From the NCBI GenBank assembly GCA_964480195.1, contig CAYZOJ010000002.1:1-58667 (forward strand): a stretch of 58,667 nucleotides of DNA. The letters are read 5' to 3'. The stretch is from an uncultured Christensenellaceae bacterium (lineage in GTDB: Bacteria; Bacillota; Clostridia; Christensenellales; DTU072). Within the stretch, counting starts at the first letter, position 1. Each line of letters opens with the position of its first letter. Shown here in pieces: positions 57,201-58,667 of the stretch. The notes beneath the pieces were generated by a model that saw only the letters and a list, made by a program, of their open reading frames with translations, was not told the origin of the DNA and searched no databases. The position numbers were made by a program, and so were the translations under genes.

Positions 57201-58667
57201 ACGCAGTCGAAGAAACTCGTACCGCATACGCTCAACAAACGGCGAGAAACTACTTAACCACCGTCATCGGCGCAAGCGATAACGAAGTTCAGGGCGGTGA
57301 AGCGTACAACGCCAACACAGGTAAGATAACCATAACCAAGCTTGCAAAAGCCGATTACATCGTAAAGGTTCGCGCAACGGGTTATGAAAACGTAGAAATC
57401 GGCACGGCGAAGATTACCGATAAGGATTACTACTGGGATCTCGGCGAAATCATTCTCGAACCCAAGCGCGTACCCGCGTGGATAGCCGAAGAAAACGAGG
57501 GCACCAAGATGCTCCAAGGCTTGCGCGTACGTTTGGGCGCAGACATCCTCGACGAGTCCAGTACCGGTCATAACTCCGCGGAAGACGCGGGCTACACTGA
57601 GGACGGCGTACCGCTCAGCAAGTACTCCTTCTTGACGAGCCTCGGCGAAGGCACTCTTAACGCACTTCTCCATACCGCTACCGGTCAGGCGAGCAGTGCG
57701 ATAGGTAACGCTATAGGTAACGCGATAGGCGGTACCATCGGAAGCCTCGTAGGCAGTGCGGCAAGCAGTATACTCGGAAGCTTGTTCGGTAACATCGGCG
57801 GTGTGGACAGCACTTCGCAGTTTCTCGACGCAACCGGCAAACCGATATTCGTTCCGTGGACCAACTACGTCAACGGATACGAAGAGGGCGATAAGAACTC
57901 CTCCGACACCGTAACGTATATCGAAGCGTGGATTTCTTCCGACCTTATCAGCGATATAGTATTCTTAATCAACAACCTCCTTATGGACTACACCGGTTAC
58001 GGCAAAGTTTCTAAGGATCAGCGTTACACCTCGGCAGACCTCTCCAAGATACCCGACGGCACGGATGACGACGATGTATTGAAGCTCAACTTCAAGGGCG
58101 AATTCAGCGAAGAGCTCGATCACCTCTGGGGTAACTACATCTACGATACCCAATCCGACTACACCGAAATCTTGTACGAATCCGGCGGTAGATTCATAGG
58201 CAATATAGTATCGTTCTTGCTCGGCTCCTTCATATCCCTCTCCGATACGTGGATGAACATCATCCAGATGGTTCTCTACGAAATCGACGCGGTTATGGAT
58301 ATTCTCGACCAAGTAACCAGACTCCTTTCGCACATCTTCCCGTTCACCACGGGCTACTCGATGATTATTGATAAGGATCTCCCGGGCAGCCCGCTCGCAC
58401 AACAGACGGTCTACTCGACGGTTTGGGAACACGAAACGCAGTACGGCTATATGGATATGGAAAAGAAGACCGTTCGTCCCAACGCCATAACCAGCTCGTC
58501 GCGCGAATTGTACGAACCCAAGTTTGACGAAAGCATACTCGGCACCGTCAATGCGGGTCAAAGCCAATATAACTATAAGATTAACGACGTAACCGTTTCG
58601 TCCGATAACCCGCTCGGCAAGATAGTCGGACAGCGCTCGACCGACGTCAAAGACCTCGTACAAAACG
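39155..58667 (+). CDS. Giant open reading frame, 3'-partial: at least 6,504 codons, running off the window end. Acidic, modular, lipobox-anchored surface protein of unrecognised family
   Basis: Not in the supplied ORF track. I read the frame (pos-39155) mod 3 = 0 codon by codon from ATG 39155 to 58667 and met no TAA/TAG/TGA. The length is 19,513 nt, i.e. 6,504 codons plus 1 nt. The track lists no plus-strand ORF in this frame anywhere in 19.5 kb, which is what a finder that needs a closing stop would produce. All long minus-strand ORFs here share the exact mirror frame, meaning (end-39155) mod 3 = 2 for 39764..41338, 42302..42997, 45086..45733, 48965..49975, 52841..53611, 54290..56068, 56165..57238 and 57965..58663. 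The N-terminus is MKKGLIYKLVLVILIASLALVLFAC. Confidence 0.92.
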   Translation, partial: MKKGLIYKLVLVILIASLALVLFACSPREESPTDSDVISGNDSEVVEETRLRERIKDDDANKLIQTGVDNNLEYYSASDNPEWYIIDMTMEYESEYFWLDSEELEDTSSAFQMELKANFNLKENSKSQLYLQVRNANRQPVFCVYYASGYTYVVVGTQKYYTPELNFTEVGKLVYGALAGTDLNLVQALGGLMSGGSTGLESLLGSYASLLTFVPSLIYPTGKTNSYSTVYNYDAVSGKYLNQDVSRTIKLNDLLNMLSGSGISIPGVFSISFGTIWDLVGLNLDPVLGQFLGFTFEDLGNKDWPKMNAYLTARTELETFTKTDDNGIESVVQDYVMKGIGIEIGTTGDVEQTREKYAGYTPSDMASGEKVEEYSINIGLTPIMMYASDEPLSINFGGLGLNESGRKDTYTEGGLGNIALGATMYVENDANGKITLNSILGEAFDLNLGALGDMAIDFPYAARYALGLDVKVALDFFDAQKTQLELTISFNDTPLIRAFIDGTDLYLNFDDMQAYSGAVIPKLKLSGFSINGMLGGILESARPYLDPNYTASTIQNMSSSARNEEGDGTEEGSSVDVMAIIKVVLDNLVLPGRGDYRVDANGEIERDADGNPVPNDWVISLNLDNKALTEIFGMITPVNGDLGEDLCINLSFVQQLEFLSTIALNVDITDSVRLGLTFDNISYLSEPDWDNYEMIDTAEKREAYTDMSIFKTGEDYTYVNTKYSVFMQGSVNLGMNQSTEEGIDLGGLIGQFIDGLLLSINIERGKDLKFEYRLEANTNLLDLSTTTLKLSVFHTDPLTKKETVYIRIFYMGTDDTLYIDLKDLKLLSDQINGLSSLGDLPRLKYENLGLKDMLQGLDIAGAISGIVTNGGQNAPRSLTVDTSDPDFLAKTRDSIVGLLYAFNTIGGYEGFLGNPAESIVNAFNALYGEEGDGSEGDGSEGTDDGGIDIMAIVAAALEGVTIDDIAGTLSINVAANVLSAVMTILLAPVDEFGNPATIDMPLVHAYVQLKFINFDFDTEELPEDGYATIFLAIRDSGDENLDAVYLKVDLIKDLGVRVGHLNLYSDISETNYTGSFETIQEFLDGLTIGLRMKGHFDLTVQNEPQYKVDDSGEYILDENGNKIPLLDEEGNIIYKKIEEYTNDYLNGMLSGLISGLGLKINTADFGVGIGFELVAKISLAGALKIDGSEAADLMEVLLGSSEIMVRLYDSREEDNPSIVAIYLKDGNVYVDLSYFEMPSIGITDISKLIDDIGDLTGSNAADAEKAKTAPANLLHLDRVAQYANTANPEAVALQLMLSPDALTINLTKDAIASLIGLLLNTELPIEIQDTNLELGYGDDGITLELDTGVEIFNLSMGANDLFLAVTPEDLESLEFEVNIPSDVDFYMTEDGMPLSVYLELGGYLAIYSEPLEDQDANIIDLAPALSGILPGVELSALIEFLGLVDSSLFFDIRASVNINEIVNIVNNGFDFAGIEQTALAITFKTYASNDPGDVDANGERNKRNVIELYYIDGDIYAYMDTTMIELHRIYIPDANEILADLIKSLTGDDEIVPDEGQSESDESENETAVAVEYYLDLVLGKNGLAINISKAFLIGVLNVLGLDISSYLQSLDFEASVSLDTRPLGADITLKLRDIGTDGVDDPDTDNPNDGNFVSMSVGLNKLKLMLDTVITLSEEERANYSQVMNIDTIGVSLGGAAKFEIEVPAGEEGEVSDEETGATGNVRSLTFIINELKDILKENAEKEKLTWIRDASIGKYDTETVKYSEMSDARLSEIYDSDVTVKDYTQLLNFGLILEVIGDTLDGKSKFGGEVFYELEAILDITDISNLKASLFLSSSQKAEDRGDILWVSIMGVYDEVTGEYDINVFADLTKLFNEGLVINDVIRVNNFSAFSEYMDRFTKVTAGAQASYNASMPLNSTNNLLELPHNEAGEVVPSILTGASIVLAITSDASKYGVPYEAPIALVAPSAAIYSLVDSLLGGNDASYEVAVDEEKISTYVNDGIYSADEYYYALRGIYATHIETLATARVNGEISEDTYVTVNHLWSSNVKDALDELYAKGDSVIAQYDATVATFVNEYAKIFTDADVAGRILPNATEEELSVLETAYNAFDAFYTEKLKPAVAEPKDPDDEQKTNLIKGLRAIRIEEIESQKDSMSVANYEYLLHGMLTTLEGEQVDPADYGNIDVSTFFGVHSPSLLLEIGAASIPNADGGTRSAFLLVNMSLAELLTVQFEIGSINVTISPDDSYYTGTVDEYGTLQGGLLNNKNYYWLNPDKMADQHIVISLNGELDFDAEDTSDGSDTEAKTAIDLTEIIQTLLTEADFGAMIRNAGLNPTKLTYELSVNVNLHDILKTIATGDIYWLLVRSELLLSLGFSGEREYYDEETGAYLGTHDSTEYISLYYVDGDAYIDGSVIGVQRVRVNTALANLFDFIGMGDIRDYYKPTPEEYEKTDASFDPQNYPLNAPLTGTELLPYVRLAMGNQTGIVLDIMSEVIFCVLSGLDLGESFPVEDLGETVRNTLNGDLNFQLGIMSKLGLLADKWPSENRDILALALNVGNYTLGMRLSELSLDLMDETETATVSLKPKEMNLDSYELSENLDNVYAELSLDFNLDGTNGTKFNLDETVDGILSRFGINDDGSVNSTVETIRGLGLEPIIQLLSTLSNHYTLEIKGNINLSEIIDENTFYDTNFSVYLRDRDTLIDYSDGNGEVYKEVFSAHYIDRALYINAECFNIQAVRIDTFWDFVMHDLKDIYFPETDEEPEEGDGDETEEVQNATGFAGYESKSGFDPLSLLRQVASGEANKVAAYINITASPEGFALSIGTTVLFAVLRAIGGEAMDFSSYVEPIGELTVEAVLFGPEELLGLGLTFEGYAFSGDERINTGTEEEPVYQKDGSNISISFGIRNDFKVAFNNTWLADKYYINRDKFYTGEFTSDDVTVSHVTVDNTISAPAYAYIDDGNGGYEAIDYTAVDLTNPVIGLETVIYIDLGAGKITGDGVTGTVSREYDENGELSGIHYSGYDLNKEPLTSLLAGILDATLAILLEIDSNQSVTYELELLVNFPLRNFRGIEVQLTLSGLYNEKYYRQLFRANLHNSNLYVDLTALNGPKFSVEAVLETILGEKEFEDDVISGLIDSIFGGGSSDEETPQNASGAQNASSAKTDTPINIDLGVERLIRGVMTHGLALYVTEAAVNSILRMFSMSDLEIFETLLVEIGLAAKKNSFIFALDLEATAEYYDENNTSQSSKVIDLGLGIDGLRLNFEGFPNTELLLPQTANYMRAAEVNTLTLSTAIEIEVGVNGGTLNLNGLYQEVLREDGAIAGLLGDDDSFDSLFGNNGLMTALPQLVMLGDVGDTLVFQIDGMVYIKGGLEGIIDNLQLRLEIYSKKCREKFDIVFTYYKNQLYGDFSSIGMGKVFIDDVNFLLDWFGGLGGSDEETEAQSASLTETERVANAFAKQFPTWAQALGLNNASSDENLVGIVKILLGNDDGLLITVTFEMIDVILKMVGLDIGLEDYLAGVLNPSATVGVIPGPAYEIGIHLDTASSTIPNWSWDEEAQEYRQDSEPKKDENGEYVENNGGLDLALRLMGGDTSIGIENESLVYTPYGIQSTLTPLISEEERSAYKMFNEVALTLGTNFALQFDLSDGKIQLNALLDTIFTILGMEMPEDYETNIIFNGGNETLYCEINLRVGLDLAKLLSANSEDITHAITLELIVQYTIIDNVTDEVYMNQKLIELYMFDDIIYAGLNIMDTELGVKVPDMGLSATLRGLMEKLFIVDKVEDDVTTGGGEEGGNPQNASSNPIKDMYESTKDTVGDTPVGNLMTPMIYLNSQGFALMLTKTLLIECIDAVIDIAGGAIGTQDGEPIILDREQLEFIAEQILDYVTLGFYFDPDEEGNMSIKLNLTKEAGEEQIEETKEWYDSVGYSITLSLFHDSIMTVSTETYDERLDYLRYDEEHVRYYDNCLDTRNIAWRVNLGIDLSIGTDIQQYILNWSSLFQNEMDEDGNVTGAAFYIQALQDNIGELTLRIKADVTLTALDEWSINAMIQLVRLKEDGTYENGDDVDEEVFALYVLGSLNNATGYAENGLQVYMTMSSMEQYGLTGIILDSSVFEKFFNLNLNAVLESLGGTLATTMDGSIIAMLNSLMQSVNGIIGSIGGDASEETDPEGPKSEASVSTGEGTSTEGTEEENPYAPDDGEGDEDNVAWYAGLFDSIQFTKGAISIVIAQTAVQTILDELLTFPFDEKLGELSFTLDNYDNSLKLSFGTDYQEPVDISDIDLDKLKITVGEDAVVNDVNNYIEALERDILKVASPFFLSGVTVQYDNYSGMLNASSAYVGDVNNAQVLGISDSYVRYLVYDAETIFGSTVTSQSELTRKQYALAIIEAINTRLKDRYTLVSSDSVNGIYGFENQTLRAKVAVKLSDEDINVEGNPYKQYKVIVAVAYESSKLDLSTVEADVFGGKQVSLTTEEIATNEIREQYDDDFLEGITVPVDDGKSVALKAESVYVQKFKLYAGQEYEVENPGTRNVFYYVYNPLDFYDYEETGDRYSEIALKEKKALAEKLLLVISDYFHEGEYTWSKSADGVHELYKSDTRFNVAIKVVEEKEVIGGTERTVGYKVIMGTSSDKSMFNVYVKIHGLDIGLGEGNIFQEMPLGGKLRDGKTEYTIINEAGEEEIVKYDYLDYFATQFMPLSDYKWEFELYSELTIDDTVGGIFDMSDLMVLVGGLIGGDIGNSISQINFALQPIDDVAITFGIAVRAYIDFGDFTPMRFQVELTNQGKTVLLLTYVGGYDVDENGIYENSKLYVDLSGLGFPSVKLEHIQLAKIVKDLMGGLSGETEENKPENGADNGESGTVNGNSGTSTPANASASDEPERIYLSDKDIDFKMLLLTFGEENTSIAITGALLCSLIGAIGQNEVISSALGGLDIDIPMFRNLQIGYSKEDGLAGIILRLTDDTPYEKAMRIGFNFRNVSERPDGYGSYTKFWTGDESSTSIDPRENVEGEVEDGIAYENIDVITQVGLGLEVEVRVRTKDTEKSSQLLALETLLQKLLASSGMLPDSEGVINLDVQNTMLVFTLGLNVYTDLSDLTKTTLALNLGLSGEDLLAIYFLGSTNTVYADLSGLGFFKAAINGIDLIGILNTFLGGFLGDEGLEVGKMLAGLVSGITGASQASVNATSTNYVSTSETVEAPRNAAIDLVTSTDNPLLKILISNEELIINPNVAILSSLLGDSMTLPKITDMRLGINLYQGFNNLNIKVKLDHKGNYLNMAVPEGGLQIEIGKTAERLKLYTIGDESTYGGIVGISMGLDSAGSLSAGIDALTLAQGILDVIDLKNFAIYLEKRNDYFFIRNLAYKVTTGNFSFDYFGTSYSTGPTVFSTQFDNRFINSKTGLDPYDDAYVSTGQLFSLSIGSWDVGQYAKAYEPIFFDNAYRRLAIYATKDVRNVTDLEIRQLTQVGNVESYADQTDWEPMGLNAYIKDNVLKLSLDNIVVIDLSGLIQQILSWIISAVGNAIGGGVAGTIINAVWGVAGDAVSTWIADLLGDFSITIGGVEYGHYGNPLKVGKLVTDILSGGDPTYGFGVVNMYLPEFLPSLISSLRASSFEDTNSYGSMYGNVNHYNKATGEYEPVAGAKVVLGNDQYVTYTDSDGDYSFINVAIGTYNVKITCDGYNTLPRVGQASPQATVYAYYDKPAMEANYTLEEYETGTWTNVTLKGQVKYESSKGVYTILKGVDVEIENHGVWITVGTTDSEGNYSGTLTTNLVGSYHNMRVASGIAHIGTITSSVTLKYTADGLSMVKDYTVNITYNIPSPDATVTATLKTLDLTETLLNGQASTVYNNYARRDTEDTSFDSTAVYSYQNAGTIVGSKVDKDLVQNKLGGTAVAAYTENDTVYNVYEFETVAAMKSGISAFVTAIKELSYTQNETKYALYDVTEEIGSLYYRATSYQERNITEIRGFASQYKDGKFCYRVIVARRQATLVAVDFSALEVWLERDGRTIRNSDSFSGTNLNVISIYKDDAVEETRTAYAQQTARNYLTTVIGASDNEVQGGEAYNANTGKITITKLAKADYIVKVRATGYENVEIGTAKITDKDYYWDLGEIILEPKRVPAWIAEENEGTKMLQGLRVRLGADILDESSTGHNSAEDAGYTEDGVPLSKYSFLTSLGEGTLNALLHTATGQASSAIGNAIGNAIGGTIGSLVGSAASSILGSLFGNIGGVDSTSQFLDATGKPIFVPWTNYVNGYEEGDKNSSDTVTYIEAWISSDLISDIVFLINNLLMDYTGYGKVSKDQRYTSADLSKIPDGTDDDDVLKLNFKGEFSEELDHLWGNYIYDTQSDYTEILYESGGRFIGNIVSFLLGSFISLSDTWMNIIQMVLYEIDAVMDILDQVTRLLSHIFPFTTGYSMIIDKDLPGSPLAQQTVYSTVWEHETQYGYMDMEKKTVRPNAITSSSRELYEPKFDESILGTVNAGQSQYNYKINDVTVSSDNPLGKIVGQRSTDVKDLVQN
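40637..54529 (+). repeat. About 13 divergent protein-level modules (300-400 aa each) inside the giant ORF, each ending in a conserved two-strand hairpin motif of the type [hydrophobic]-x-(L/I/F)-Y-(Y/F/I/V)-x-(D/G)-(G/D/N)-x-(L/V/I)-Y-(V/I/A)-(D/G)-(L/F)
   Basis: Motif instances: 40637..40684 LIRAFIDGTDLYLNFD; 41564..41617 VYIRIFYMGTDDTLYIDL; 42806..42850 IVAIYLKDGNVYVDL; 43667..43714 VIELYYIDGDIYAYMD; 44690..44764 ILWVSIMGVYDEVTGEYDINVFADL; 46343..46387 YISLYYVDGDAYIDG; 47294..47341 VFSAHYIDRALYINAE; 48413..48457 LFRANLHNSNLYVDL; 49331..49372 IVFTYYKNQLYGDF; 50348..50395 LIELYMFDDIIYAGLN; 51350..51430 VFALYVLGSLNNATGYAENGLQVYMTM; 53495..53590 VLLLTYVGGYDVDENGIYENSKLYVDLSGLGF; 54464..54529 LLAIYFLGSTNTVYADLSGLGF. 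There is no nucleotide-level repeat identity. Confidence 0.65.
55658..55780 (+). other. Glycine-zipper-like hydrophobic segment 1 in the giant protein
   Basis: SWIISAVGNAIGGGVAGTIINAVWGVAGDAVSTWIADLLGD: small-xxx-small periodicity, Gly/Ala-rich and otherwise apolar. Confidence 0.45.
55982..56161 (+). other. CarboxypepD_reg-like (prealbumin-fold) domain 1 in the giant protein
   Basis: MYGNVNHYNKATGEYEPVAGAKVVLGNDQYVTYTDSDGDYSFINVAIGTYNVKITCDGYN fits the classic pattern G.V......P..GA.V.L.....T.TD.DG.Y.F.....G.Y.....GY. Confidence 0.7.
56285..56425 (+). other. CarboxypepD_reg-like domain 2 (weaker)
   Basis: LKGQVKYESSKGVYTILKGVDVEIENHGVWITVGTTDSEGNYSGTLT. Confidence 0.45.
57263..57463 (+). 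other. CarboxypepD_reg-like domain 3 (weaker)
   Basis: VIGASDNEVQGGEAYNANTGKITITKLAKADYIVKVRATGYENVEIGTAKITDKDYYWDLGEIILEP. Confidence 0.45.
57683..57802 (+). other. Glycine-zipper-like segment 2 in the giant protein
   Basis: GQASSAIGNAIGNAIGGTIGSLVGSAASSILGSLFGNIGG: repeated (A/G)IGN and GxxxG/S spacing. Confidence 0.5.

Noticed and set aside
39172-58663. About 45 minus-strand ORFs (60-592 aa) from the track, covering the last 19 kb.
   Set aside because: All the long ones are in the exact mirror frame of the uninterrupted plus-strand giant ORF. They are interrupted only where the sense strand uses the rare codons TTA, CTA or TCA. They have odd V/E/F/R/Y-rich composition and lack SD sequences, signal peptides and recognisable motifs. 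I treat them as antisense artefacts.
39155-58667. Possibility that the giant frame is a pseudogene, or a fusion of several genes created by sequencing frameshifts.
   Set aside because: I found no in-frame stop. The antisense shadow ORFs keep a constant phase from 39.7 to 58.7 kb. The module/linker architecture continues smoothly. There are no internal SD-ATG restarts preceded by stops. Assembly collapse cannot be excluded from the sequence alone.

Overview
The window is a chromosomal segment that looks Firmicutes/Clostridia-like, judging by the minus-strand housekeeping block mrnC-rlmB-sigH-ychF...cysE-cysS and the SD-type ribosome binding sites. From 1 to about 38.8 kb it is ordinary, densely coded sequence. 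In order it holds: an AraC regulator, a MATE pump and an acetyltransferase; an L-arabinose operon (FGGY kinase, araA, araD) with a radical-SAM gene coupled to its end; two small secreted or hypothetical genes; an initiator-type tRNA-Met beside a hairpin-repeat cluster; an epimerase/ferredoxin pair; a two-component system; an ABC-F ATPase; an isolated AT-rich HTH-ATPase-nuclease gene; an esterase; a ZIP transporter; a heterodimeric ABC exporter; the housekeeping block; and a 4-gene operon for a transglutaminase-like lipoprotein, a mutarotase-like protein, a ROK-like kinase and a PIG-L deacetylase. The main result is the last third of the window. Positions 39155 to 58667 are one uninterrupted plus-strand reading frame of at least 6,504 codons, still open where the window ends. 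It starts with a lipoprotein signal peptide and has its own promoter and SD. The supplied ORF track does not list it at all, apparently because it has no stop codon inside the window. The track instead fills the region with dozens of minus-strand ORFs, which are mirror-frame artefacts. The giant protein is acidic and built from about 13 divergent 300-400 aa modules. Each module ends in a recurring hairpin motif of the type LYY-DG-x-LYVDL followed by an acidic/Ser/Thr/Asn linker. Two non-repeat inserts interrupt the modules. The distal part visible here carries three CarboxypepD_reg-like domains and two glycine-zipper-like segments. Apart from those distal domains I could not assign the modules to any named family by eye. 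I saw no CRISPR array, transposase, integrase or rRNA.
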